64,000 nucleotides of DNA from an uncultured Rhizobium sp. (GTDB taxonomy: Bacteria; Bacteroidota; Bacteroidia; NS11-12g; UBA955): positions 4,008 to 68,007 of the forward strand of contig CAYPBJ010000010.1 in the NCBI GenBank assembly GCA_964408945.1. Direction: 5' to 3'. Position numbers and translations under genes: made by a program. The notes under the pieces are model-generated. The model saw only the letters and a list, made by a program, of their open reading frames with translations, was not told the DNA's origin and did no database searches. Positions 53,001-60,763 of the stretch are shown here, in pieces; the stretch's first letter is position 1; each line of letters begins with the position of its first letter.

Positions 53001-53246
53001 ATCGTTGCCCATGAACTTCATCAAACGTTTTTGCATGGCTGTTGAACCAGCATCAGTGAAAGTCAAGCACAAAATGTTTTCTGGTGCTGTATCTGTTTGC
53101 TGTCTTATGTTCATGATACGCGCAGCAAGAATCTGAGTTTTACCGGTTCCCGGACCAGCAATTACCATTACTGGCCCATCAATGGCATCTACTGCCTGTT
53201 TTTGTCGGGCGTTTAGCCCAGCATACAATTCATCGAAATTTGACAT
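50064..53246 (-). CDS. UvrD/PcrA-type superfamily 1 helicase fused to a C-terminal PD-(D/E)XK nuclease with Cys cluster (AddA/AddB-like single chain)
   Basis: 1060 aa. Helicase motif I is AGPGTGKTQ and motif II is VLVDEFQDTS. The nuclease core reads GSIDKIAIDGNAVQIFDYKTG plus QVGIYGLL. Cysteines occur at KCGLSFF and at the C-terminal GCGEDNCYWCNF. Confidence 0.8.
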   Translation of the reverse strand: MSNFDELYAGLNARQKQAVDAIDGPVMVIAGPGTGKTQILAARIMNIRQQTDTAPENILCLTFTDAGSTAMQKRLMKFMGNDAYRVNIHTFHSLCNRIIGEYPEHFSKRDLRVMDDLERIEIVQKIIADLPASSPIKDYSSNNFSTHKTLLNLWKIMDDVNIDAQQIAQNVETLKDHARYLEAFPEHAYKKNMPKENAVKGDLNKKKYAENHGYWIKLIEAARLIDVYKQHKADAGVYEFNDMIDWVYQKFKNDPDFKQLIQEKYHYVLVDEFQDTSGKQADILYYLIDYFEENPNCFVVGDDDQSIYAFQGARVQNMIEFKSRFQQHLQVIMLKDNYRSASPILESSTRLIKFNQDRLVNTDTALIKDLECSGDNKNYPLLPFQATAYFNEFHQSIGIATEIESLIKSGVEPNEIAILYSKHASAKALVDLFQIKNIPFVLSKNANILKEPIVVLLIKWLTFIDRESKEANSADHLIYELLVSPIYQITPIEVNQLSTEIDAWKRTKYKEDGLSVGWRNYLNAVLAGEIAAEYLSSNSISQLKLLWKHAEKWIENCQQENVGVLISKVYSEGGFVSFATQNEKSRWNLEVLHTFLDYAMKQSDRFPYITLTELLAQIESLKNAQLEIPLAKRLGQENGVQLMTAHGSKGLEFDYVFVVSCTENEWLPSKNSRYPYRINHLLIALNKSLPSQNSADQEIEERRRLFFVAITRGKKQVRLSYFLNEYGKKTETLIPAQFVAESVHDFTENTPNTVNFSESDLNWAHLNILMKSAKPSLEEENMDWINHKLETFTFSPSSIKNILKCGLSFFYSNIVRIPSAPNENTAYGNAVHGTMRILIEQFVSEGLWPTEKELISVFHSQMHKFKGNFTEKQFKARTQQGEHLIPLILVNKKDIYLKNRVFKTEYSLQSTIGNVPVKGSIDKIAIDGNAVQIFDYKTGSTSRMKTDSNLSSKYNPEKPPANYWFQVGIYGLLIKNKPDLNWEFISGGIESMTPEDDNTLSVWNNYYTSEHFELIERWVLEADRKLKNKEFLTGCGEDNCYWCNFSKENGLVKHLPAIED

Positions 53247-53306
53247 GAGAAACCTAAATATACGAAAATTTCCTGAAATTTACAAAAGGCTATGGTTTAG
53301 ATTTGA

Positions 53307-53314
53307 TAACTTTG
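53307..53314 (+). promoter_or_regulatory. Bacteroidota-type -7 promoter box (TAACTTTG)
   Basis: Exact TAnnTTTG match, with 5 nt between the final G and ATG 53320. Confidence 0.45.
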
Positions 53315-53319
53315 TTACG

Positions 53320-53880
53320 ATGACTGTTGCCAAGCCCAATACCAAAGAACAATATCAACAAGTTCTTGACCATTGCAGAACTATTTTCTTGAAAAAAAAT
53401 TCTGATTATGGTGCATCATGGAGGTTGTTTCGCCCGAGCAGTCTCACAGATCAATTGTTTATCAAGGCTCAACGAATCAGAAACATTGAACAATCTGGTG
53501 TGAACAATGTGGGTGATGACGTCTTTGGCGAGTTTATGGGGATTGTCAATTATGCCATCATGGGCATGATTCAGATGAATGAAGAAGCCACATTCACACC
53601 AACAGAATCTACCCATGAACTGATGGAACTCTATGACTTATGGTCAAAGAAAACGTTTGATTTGATGTTGTTGAAAAACTCAGATTACAGTGAAGTTTGG
53701 AGAGAAATGAGAATCAGTTCCTTCACAGATATGATATTAGTAAAGTTGGCCAGAATAAAACAAATTGAAGACAATCAAGGTATTACAGTTAGCTCTGAAG
53801 GAGCCGATGCCAATTATCAAGACATTATGAATTATGCCATCTTTGCACTGATCAGATTGACTGAATTAAAAACAGAGTAA
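53320..53880 (+). CDS. DUF1599-family protein (two repeats)
   Basis: 186 aa from ATG 53320. The track start at 53182 would overlap the helicase gene. Two internal repeats are visible: KNSDYGASWRLFRPSSLTDQLFIKAQRIRNIE and KNSDYSEVWREMRISSFTDMILVKLARIKQIE. Confidence 0.7.
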   Translation: MTVAKPNTKEQYQQVLDHCRTIFLKKNSDYGASWRLFRPSSLTDQLFIKAQRIRNIEQSGVNNVGDDVFGEFMGIVNYAIMGMIQMNEEATFTPTESTHELMELYDLWSKKTFDLMLLKNSDYSEVWREMRISSFTDMILVKLARIKQIEDNQGITVSSEGADANYQDIMNYAIFALIRLTELKTE

Positions 53881-53881
53881 C

Positions 53882-55042
53882 ATGAAAAATCTATTTCTGA
53901 TTGTTCGATTCATTACGGGTGCACTTTTTGTGTTTTCAGGATTGGTTAAATTGAATGATCCTAGTGGATTCGCCATAAAGTTGAATGAGTACTTTGACGT
54001 TTTCGCTCAAGATGTACCCTCGTTAGATTCCTTTTTTCGGTCTTTGAAGGATTATTCAATTTTGTTGAGCGGCTCATTTTGCGCCCTCGAAGTTCTCTTG
54101 GGGGTTGCTATGCTTTTAGGATGGCAAATTAGAGCGACACTTTCCATTACCACGGTCTTGATTGTTTTTTTTACCTTCTTGACCGGTTATTCAGCGGTTT
54201 ATAATAAGGTTACCGATTGCGGTTGTTTTGGCGATTTTATTCATTTAGAACCTTGGGATAGTTTCAAAAAGGATCTAATCTTGTTGTTGTTTGTGGCAAT
54301 TCTGTTGGCCGGAATCAAGTTTAATCAAACCCTCTTTCAATCAATTAGAGTCAATCAGCTTATGATGGGCTCCACAGTGTTGACCCTTGGATTTGGATTT
54401 TACTGTTATTTTTATTTGCCCGTTTGGGACTTTCTCCCTTACAAAAAAGGAAATGACATTGATTTCATTATGAATCACATCCCTCCAGGAGAGAGAGCTA
54501 CCGATAGCGTAGACATTCGATTTGTGATGCAGAAAGGTTCAGACTCTGTAAAAGTAACCACCTCTCAGTATGGTGATTTTGCTCAAAAAGGATACGTTTT
54601 TGTAAGGCAAGACAGACGGGTAATTGTTAAAGGTTATAGCAGTCCCATTCATGATTTTGCCATCCATGATCTTCAAAATGGAATTGACTATAAAGATAGT
54701 TTTTTAAAATATTCAGGTTATCAAGTCTTATTTATTGCGCCGTTTTTGAGCAGCACAGATGTTTCTTGTTTGTCTGATATCTCACAATTGCATGATTTTA
54801 TTTCAAAAAAACAAGGCATGAGGTTTTATGCATTGTCGTCTGCATCCAAAGAGGCTAGCAATGAGTTTGCACAAAAACATGGGTTGAAATTTGCTTTTTT
54901 TGCGGCCGATCAAAAAATGCTTATGACCATGGCTCGTTACAATCCCACCGTTTATTTATTCAAAGGCTCTGTAGTCATGGATAAATGGAGCGGTATGAAT
55001 GTCCCCAAAAAGGAGGACATTGAAAAATATATGCGTCCATGA
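53882..55042 (+). CDS. DoxX/MauE-like membrane domain fused to a thioredoxin-like domain (BT_3928-like family candidate)
   Basis: 386 aa. The N-terminus (FITGALFVFSGLVKLNDPSGF) is followed by about five TM segments with a DCGCFG motif. The C-terminal ~170 aa are soluble. Confidence 0.55.
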   Translation: MKNLFLIVRFITGALFVFSGLVKLNDPSGFAIKLNEYFDVFAQDVPSLDSFFRSLKDYSILLSGSFCALEVLLGVAMLLGWQIRATLSITTVLIVFFTFLTGYSAVYNKVTDCGCFGDFIHLEPWDSFKKDLILLLFVAILLAGIKFNQTLFQSIRVNQLMMGSTVLTLGFGFYCYFYLPVWDFLPYKKGNDIDFIMNHIPPGERATDSVDIRFVMQKGSDSVKVTTSQYGDFAQKGYVFVRQDRRVIVKGYSSPIHDFAIHDLQNGIDYKDSFLKYSGYQVLFIAPFLSSTDVSCLSDISQLHDFISKKQGMRFYALSSASKEASNEFAQKHGLKFAFFAADQKMLMTMARYNPTVYLFKGSVVMDKWSGMNVPKKEDIEKYMRP

Positions 55043-56091
55043 TCAGAAATGCGTTAAAGAAGATCCCTTTTTTGATTTCGGTGCTGGCGGGATTGATTTT
55101 ATTGATATTCATCCTTTTTCAGGCACTTCCGGGGCCCGAACAAATTTTGAGTTCGCAGCGTTCCGACGGGGAAACTACCAAAGCCATTGTTAAAGAATTG
55201 GGACTTGATCAACCTATTTACATTCAAGCATTTAAATATTTGAATGATGTTTCACCCGTTTCAGTGTATGCCTCAGACGCAGTGCCATCTCAACTCAGTG
55301 GGTTGCATGCATCATTGGGCGAATGGCAGCTCTGGTTAAAGTTCCCTTATTTAAGACAATCTTTCCAAACTCGACGATTGGTGTCAAGCATGTTGGGAGA
55401 AGCGTTTCTGGGTACTCTATTATTGGCTCTATCGGCAATGTTGATTGCCGTGTTTTTGGGAGTTCCACTGGGTATTTGGGCAAGCATGCGGCGCAATAGT
55501 TGGGTTGATCATTTTATAGTGTGGATTTCAGCCATTGGAATTTCGGTGCCATCTTTTTTCTCTGCTATGATTTTCTCTTGGCTGTTTGGATATGTTTATC
55601 ATTCAACCACAGGTCTGCCCATGACGGGTAGTTTTTTCGAAATAGATGATTTGGGTGAGGAAATACACGTTAAATGGACGAATTTGATTCTTCCAGCAGT
55701 GGCTTTAGGCATTCGTCCTTTGGCTGTTTTGGTGCAATTAACCAGGAATACCATGGTTGATATTATGGAAATGGATTTCATTCAAACGGCAAGAGCAAAA
55801 GGGTTAAAAGAAAGTGTAGTTATTTTCAGACATGCTTTGCCCAATGCTTTGAATCCATTGGTTACTTCGGTAGGAGGTTGGTTTAGCAGCCTTTTAGCGG
55901 GGTCTTTCTTTACTGAGTACATTTTTCAGTGGAAGGGATTGGGTAAAGTGACCATTGATGCACTCCAACAAAGTGACCTTCCTTTGGTGATGGGGGCGGT
56001 TTTATTCACAGCCTGTGTGTTTTTCGCCATTCACAGCATCACAGAACAGTTGTATGTTTGGATTGATCCTCGATTACGAAAGAGCTCATGA
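55039..56091 (+). CDS. ABC transporter permease, DppB/OppB type
   Basis: 350 aa with six TM segments. The EAA-loop region reads FIQTARAKGLKESVVIFRHALPNALNPLVT. ATGA overlaps link it to both neighbours. Confidence 0.8.
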   Translation: MIRNALKKIPFLISVLAGLILLIFILFQALPGPEQILSSQRSDGETTKAIVKELGLDQPIYIQAFKYLNDVSPVSVYASDAVPSQLSGLHASLGEWQLWLKFPYLRQSFQTRRLVSSMLGEAFLGTLLLALSAMLIAVFLGVPLGIWASMRRNSWVDHFIVWISAIGISVPSFFSAMIFSWLFGYVYHSTTGLPMTGSFFEIDDLGEEIHVKWTNLILPAVALGIRPLAVLVQLTRNTMVDIMEMDFIQTARAKGLKESVVIFRHALPNALNPLVTSVGGWFSSLLAGSFFTEYIFQWKGLGKVTIDALQQSDLPLVMGAVLFTACVFFAIHSITEQLYVWIDPRLRKSS

Positions 56092-56612
56092 CCGCAAAAC
56101 AACGCATTTATTTAATTGGATTGCCAGCCTCAGGCAAGACTACCATTGGAAGATGGTTAGCAGAACGACTTGGGTGGGAATTTTATGATATTGATGAGGC
56201 TGTAATTTCTAAAAGCGGTTTGAGTATTTTTCGTTTTTTTGAAGAAAAAGGTGAAGAAGAATTTCGTAAATTAGAAACCGAATTATTACGAGAAACTAAA
56301 CTAATAAACAACACCGTAATATCTTGTGGAGGGGGAACTGTAGCCCATTCAAATAACATGGAATGGATCTTAAATCAAGGCTTAACCGTATATTTAAATC
56401 CAGAAATTTCTGAATTATCTTTAAGAATTGCCGGTAATCCTACTCAAAGACCTATGTTTAAAGGCCTTCAAGGCGAGGAAATTACCGTTAAATTGTCGAA
56501 TTTACTCGAAGAAAGAGCAAAATTTTATCATCAGTCTAAAATTATTTGGAATAAAAGCACCCCAAATGATTTTCTTTATACTGCTGTAAATCAATTAGTT
56601 GGATCTAACTAA
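56088..56612 (+). CDS. aroK: Shikimate kinase
   Basis: 174 aa. Walker A is GLPASGKTT, with DIDEAV and ISCGGG also present. Confidence 0.88.
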   Translation: MTAKQRIYLIGLPASGKTTIGRWLAERLGWEFYDIDEAVISKSGLSIFRFFEEKGEEEFRKLETELLRETKLINNTVISCGGGTVAHSNNMEWILNQGLTVYLNPEISELSLRIAGNPTQRPMFKGLQGEEITVKLSNLLEERAKFYHQSKIIWNKSTPNDFLYTAVNQLVGSN

Positions 56613-56678
56613 TTTCCAATGTTATATTTTGTTAATTAATAGTGAATAAAAAAGTATTACTAAATGTGCATCAACTAT

Positions 56679-56708
56679 TTGTGAATCACATTGACTTTTA
56701 TACTTTTG
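56679..56708 (+). promoter_or_regulatory. Bacteroidota-type promoter (-33 TTG at 56679-56681, -7 TACTTTTG at 56701-56708) for the HU gene
   Basis: The -7 box is an exact TAnnTTTG match, with a TTG 19 nt upstream. It lies 32 nt upstream of ATG 56741. Confidence 0.5.
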
Positions 56709-56740
56709 AGAAGTTAACCAAATCTAAAAACAGTTAAATA

Positions 56741-57013
56741 ATGAACAAATCAGATTTAATCGGTAAGATGTCAGCAGATGCTGGTATCACCAAAACTCAA
56801 GCTCAAGCGGCTTTGAATTCTTTCATCGATGCAACTACTGGTGCTTTGAAGGCAAACGACAAAGTAATCTTAGTAGGTTTCGGTACTTTTTCTACTAGCA
56901 CTCGTAGCGCTCGTAAAGGTCGTAACCCACAAACTGGTAAAGAAATCAATATCGCTGCGAAAACAGTGGTTCGTTTCAAGCCAGGTGCTGAGTTGAGCAA
57001 CAACGTAAAGTAA
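56741..57013 (+). CDS. hup: HU-family DNA-binding protein
   Basis: 90 aa. It contains MNKSDLI and GFGTFSTSTRSARKGRNPQTGKEINIAAKTVVRFKPG. Confidence 0.93.
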   Translation: MNKSDLIGKMSADAGITKTQAQAALNSFIDATTGALKANDKVILVGFGTFSTSTRSARKGRNPQTGKEINIAAKTVVRFKPGAELSNNVK

Positions 57014-57035
57014 TATTTTACTCTACCACATAAGA

Positions 57036-57069
57036 AGAGGCTGTCAAACTTTGGCAGCCTCTTTTTTTT
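57036..57069 (+). terminator. Rho-independent terminator after the HU gene
   Basis: AGAGGCTG ... CAGCCTCT forms an 8-bp stem with an 11-nt loop, followed by TTTTTTTT. Confidence 0.8.
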
Positions 57070-57076
57070 ATCTTTG
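57069..57076 (+). promoter_or_regulatory. Bacteroidota-type -7 promoter box (TATCTTTG)
   Basis: Exact TAnnTTTG match that begins in the last T of the terminator T-run. There are 7 nt between the final G and ATG 57084. Confidence 0.45.
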
Positions 57077-57083
57077 TTGTATA

Positions 57084-58295
57084 ATGCACCCAAGCTCACT
57101 TTCTGCAAAACAACAATTGTTTTTTGACCATTCTGCCCAAACCAATCCTGAGCCCATTGCGTTGGTGGTTGATTCTGCATTGGGTTGTGAGCTCTTCGAT
57201 GATCAGGGAAAAGCCTATATTGATCTGATATCGGGAATATCTGTAAGTGCTTTAGGACATCAACATCCTGCAGTAAAAGAAGCCATTCACAACCAAATTG
57301 ATAAGCACATGCATATTATGGTTTACGGTGAAGTAGTTCAAAGCGCCCCCGTTGAATATGCACGTTGGCTCACTCAGCAATTGCCTTCAAATTTGAATTC
57401 GGTATATTTTGTTAATTCTGGTTCTGAAGCTATTGATGCATCTATGAAATTAGCCAAGAGATACACTGGTAATTCTGGTTTTGTGGCCCAAGATCAAGCC
57501 TATCACGGCAGCGGACAGGGACCCTTATCTCTAATGAATGACGCTTATTTTACTCAAGCATATCGGCCTTTATTAAACAATGTTTATTACATCAAACAGA
57601 ATGATATTCAAGCCGTGAAAAACTTGCCAAGTTCCGGAGTTGCTGGTGTTTTTATTGAATTAATACAATCTGAAAGAGGTGCAAAAATTGCATCACTCGA
57701 TTATGTTCTGGCTGTTAGAGAATATTGCAACAGAACTGGAGCCCTATTGATTGTTGATGAAATTCAAACAGGTCTTTACAGAACCGGAATGCCTTTCGAG
57801 TTTTTGAGATATAATTTTCAACCTGACATTCTGGTTTTGGGTAAAAGTTTAGGGGGAGGCATGCCGCTGGGTTGTGTCATCGCATCAACCAAAATCATGA
57901 ATGCATTTACCCAAAATCCCATTTTAGGACATATTACTACTTTCGGGGGACATCCCGTTTGCGCAGCCGCAGGATTAGCATCTTCGAAGTATATTTTTGA
58001 AAATCACTTGACCCTGGAAATCCAAAGAAAGGGCGAACTGTTTAAAAAATTACTCAAACATGAAGCTATCGTTTCAGTAGAAGGGCAAGGGTTGTTGTTG
58101 GCTTGTCATCTGCATGAAAGCATCAACATCATCGAATTTAATAAAGCACTTTTGAGAAGCGGTGTCTTTACTGATTGGTTCTTGTTCAATATGAATGCCA
58201 TTAGAATTGCCCCACCTCTGATTATTTCAGAAGAACAAATTAATCAAGTTTGTCTAACTATTTTAGATAATTTGGATGTTTTTTTTGGGGGATAA
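57084..58295 (+). CDS. Class III pyridoxal-phosphate aminotransferase (acetylornithine/GABA aminotransferase-like)
   Basis: 403 aa from ATG 57084; the track starts at 57051, inside the terminator. It contains FVNSGSEAIDASMKLA, DEIQTGLYRTG and the PLP lysine in LVLGKSLGGG. Confidence 0.85.
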   Translation: MHPSSLSAKQQLFFDHSAQTNPEPIALVVDSALGCELFDDQGKAYIDLISGISVSALGHQHPAVKEAIHNQIDKHMHIMVYGEVVQSAPVEYARWLTQQLPSNLNSVYFVNSGSEAIDASMKLAKRYTGNSGFVAQDQAYHGSGQGPLSLMNDAYFTQAYRPLLNNVYYIKQNDIQAVKNLPSSGVAGVFIELIQSERGAKIASLDYVLAVREYCNRTGALLIVDEIQTGLYRTGMPFEFLRYNFQPDILVLGKSLGGGMPLGCVIASTKIMNAFTQNPILGHITTFGGHPVCAAAGLASSKYIFENHLTLEIQRKGELFKKLLKHEAIVSVEGQGLLLACHLHESINIIEFNKALLRSGVFTDWFLFNMNAIRIAPPLIISEEQINQVCLTILDNLDVFFGG

Positions 58296-58301
58296 TCACA
58301 C

Positions 58302-58309
58302 TATCTTTG
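58302..58309 (+). promoter_or_regulatory. Bacteroidota-type -7 promoter box (TATCTTTG)
   Basis: Exact TAnnTTTG match, with 10 nt between the final G and ATG 58320. Confidence 0.45.
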
Positions 58310-58319
58310 TTTTATAAGA

Positions 58320-59219
58320 ATGTTTAGCAGATTCCTTGGCGTGAAATTATCATTTGCAGCTGTGCTTTTTGTTGCATGGCTGTCTTCTTGCCAAAGAATC
58401 AATCAATCTTATGAAGTGGAAGATTTTGAAGATGCAAAAGAATTTTTATACTTCCAACATGCAACTTGGGTCGCCATTCAAATAGCAGAACACATCAATT
58501 CTACTGGTTCAACCCTTGGGTTGAATTCAAACATGATGGATTCTCTTTCCAAGCAATTAAAATCAACCTATTTCATAAAAGACTCGAGCTATCTTGATAA
58601 TAATGGAATAGAATATGAATTGTATTTCAATCCTCAAAACGCTAGCAACTACAATCCCTACGAACACTTTACGAATTATAAGTTTGATGGGAAACTTAAA
58701 GTAGTTATAGATCAAAATTACAGGGAAATCGGTTCAAAGTCTGAAATAATTATTGATGAGAATAACCCCTTTATCATTGATTATCCATCATTCGGATTGG
58801 TAAAAGTATTCGGCACCATTGAACTTGAGCGAACAGCAGTAAGTACTATTGATATTAAATACAAAGATTTTAAAGTTGTTTTTGATTCAGATAAATTTAC
58901 TTGGGAAGCTGATATCGAATATTCATGGCTATTGGGCGCAGAAACGGATGGATTATGGAACGATCAAATTCAATTTAAGGGTAACGGGAAATTCGCGGAA
59001 CTAGACGATTCCAACGAAAAAGCTGAGTTCAATATTGTAAATGTTCTAACCAAAAGCTTTGAACCAGGATGCTCTGATTATTTCCAGTTTGGAAACCTTT
59101 CACTAACTACTCATGAAGATGATTTCCTGATAGATTTTGACCCTTTCAAGAACGGTTCTTGCAGTTCATTGGTCAGAATCTCAAATCGAAAAGGGGAATT
59201 AGAGTTTGCAGGGCCTTAA
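58320..59219 (+). CDS. Hypothetical lipoprotein
   Basis: 299 aa with lipobox WLSSC. I recognise no family. Confidence 0.55.
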   Translation: MFSRFLGVKLSFAAVLFVAWLSSCQRINQSYEVEDFEDAKEFLYFQHATWVAIQIAEHINSTGSTLGLNSNMMDSLSKQLKSTYFIKDSSYLDNNGIEYELYFNPQNASNYNPYEHFTNYKFDGKLKVVIDQNYREIGSKSEIIIDENNPFIIDYPSFGLVKVFGTIELERTAVSTIDIKYKDFKVVFDSDKFTWEADIEYSWLLGAETDGLWNDQIQFKGNGKFAELDDSNEKAEFNIVNVLTKSFEPGCSDYFQFGNLSLTTHEDDFLIDFDPFKNGSCSSLVRISNRKGELEFAGP

Positions 59220-59653
59220 ATTTTCCCTGGAAAATCTATCAGACCGTATTTTTTATCTGAGTTTTTTTGCATCCAAACGTGTGTATGTCCATTGGTTAAC
59301 CAAATAAATTCACTGTCCAATTTAGTGTTATATTGCGATGCTTGAATTACTACATTGCGGGTTATTTCAACTTTAGGAGCCTTGCATTCAACCAATATTT
59401 TTGGAGTAACAGTGTCTGTAAAAACAACAATATCAAAGCGTTTAGCAATTCCTGATACTTTAAGTCCACGTTCTACTGCAATTTTACTTATATTAATCTC
59501 GTAATGGTTTAAAAGCAGCTCCAAACAATTCTGTCTCACCCATTCTTCTGGGGTAAGGGGATAATTTTTTTTACGTACTCTGTCAAAAATGAGTTTTTTT
59601 TGCTCATCAATACGATTGCCCCAGTGGAATTCCGGAAAGTTCAGTTTTTCCAT
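59216..59653 (-). CDS. Stand-alone HsdR N-terminal-like PD-(D/E)XK domain protein
   Basis: 145 aa from ATG 59653; the track starts at 59701. It contains LTPEEWVRQNCLELLL and RFDIVVFTDTVTPKILVECKAP, which gives a D...E-x-K core. Confidence 0.65.
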   Translation of the reverse strand: MEKLNFPEFHWGNRIDEQKKLIFDRVRKKNYPLTPEEWVRQNCLELLLNHYEINISKIAVERGLKVSGIAKRFDIVVFTDTVTPKILVECKAPKVEITRNVVIQASQYNTKLDSEFIWLTNGHTHVWMQKNSDKKYGLIDFPGKI

Positions 59654-59673
59654 TGCGGTAAAAATACATAAAC

Positions 59674-60693
59674 ATGGCCAAAGCAACCGATACCGTTCCA
59701 CAGTTCCAACAAATTTTGACGGAAATAAAGTCAGGAAAGTTTTCGCCTGTGTATTTGTTGCAAGGTGATGAGACCTTTTTTGTGGATGAAGTCACCTCGG
59801 TTTTGGAAAATACAGTCGTTCCTCCTGAATCTCGTAGCTTCAATCAAACCGTTGTTTATGGTAAGGAAGTTTCGAGCAATGAACTGATTGGTATTTGTAG
59901 ACGCTATCCCATGATGAGCGATTATCAATTGGTGGTAGTTAAAGATGCCCAGGATCTCAAAGAAGTGGAAAATTTGGTGCCCTATTTAGAAAATCCACTA
60001 ACCTCTACCGTTTTAGTTTTAGTTTATCGAAGCGGAAAATTGGACATGCGCAGCAAGTTTGCAAAGTCGGCTTCTAAATATACTACTACCAATTTCTCAA
60101 AATTGCGTGATTATCAAATCAAAGATTGGCTTCCCAAATTTGCAAAAATGAAAGGAAAGGTCCTAGATCAAGACGCTACGCAAAGATTGTTAGATCTAAT
60201 TGGAGCCGATTTAAGTGTCATTCACAATGAATTGGAAAAAATCTTCGCTTCAGTTAAAGATGAATTCATCAAAATTGCCCATGTAGATGAACAGGTTGGA
60301 TTCAATCGAGAATACAACGTATTTGAACTTCAATCGGCATTGGCATATAGAAACTTCAACAAAAGCATCCAAATAGCCCATCAAATGGGTCAAAAAATGG
60401 AGCGCGGAGAGATGATGCGCGTTTTTCCGGTTTTATTTGCTTATTTCAATCGAATACTCCTATTACACAACAGTAAATCATCCAACAAAACCGATTTAGC
60501 AAAAGAGATAGGTGTAAACCCCTATTTCATGGATGAATATTTTGCAGCCAAAGGAAATTACACCATGATCGACCTCGAAAAGGTGATGAATATTCTGAAA
60601 TACTTAGATTTACGACTCAAGGGTATTAACCGGGGAAATGCCACTGATGGCGATTTGTTGGTTGAAACCGTTGTGAATATTCTCAAAAAATAG
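59674..60693 (+). CDS. holA: DNA polymerase III subunit delta
   Basis: 339 aa. It contains FSPVYLLQGDETFFVDEV and a VKDAQ-type segment. Length and helical C-terminus are typical of HolA. Confidence 0.8.
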   Translation: MAKATDTVPQFQQILTEIKSGKFSPVYLLQGDETFFVDEVTSVLENTVVPPESRSFNQTVVYGKEVSSNELIGICRRYPMMSDYQLVVVKDAQDLKEVENLVPYLENPLTSTVLVLVYRSGKLDMRSKFAKSASKYTTTNFSKLRDYQIKDWLPKFAKMKGKVLDQDATQRLLDLIGADLSVIHNELEKIFASVKDEFIKIAHVDEQVGFNREYNVFELQSALAYRNFNKSIQIAHQMGQKMERGEMMRVFPVLFAYFNRILLLHNSKSSNKTDLAKEIGVNPYFMDEYFAAKGNYTMIDLEKVMNILKYLDLRLKGINRGNATDGDLLVETVVNILKK

Positions 60694-60763
60694 TCATTAA
60701 ACGTTTAAAATTTCCATTTCTTGTGGGAATGTCCGTAATTCGCAAAAAAGCAATTTTTACAAT

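Noticed and set aside
53182-53319. N-terminal extension of the DUF1599 gene overlapping the helicase-nuclease gene start
   Set aside because: An exact TAACTTTG box at 53307-53314 and ATG 53320 give a start consistent with the other promoters. The extension would require 65 nt of head-to-head overlap.
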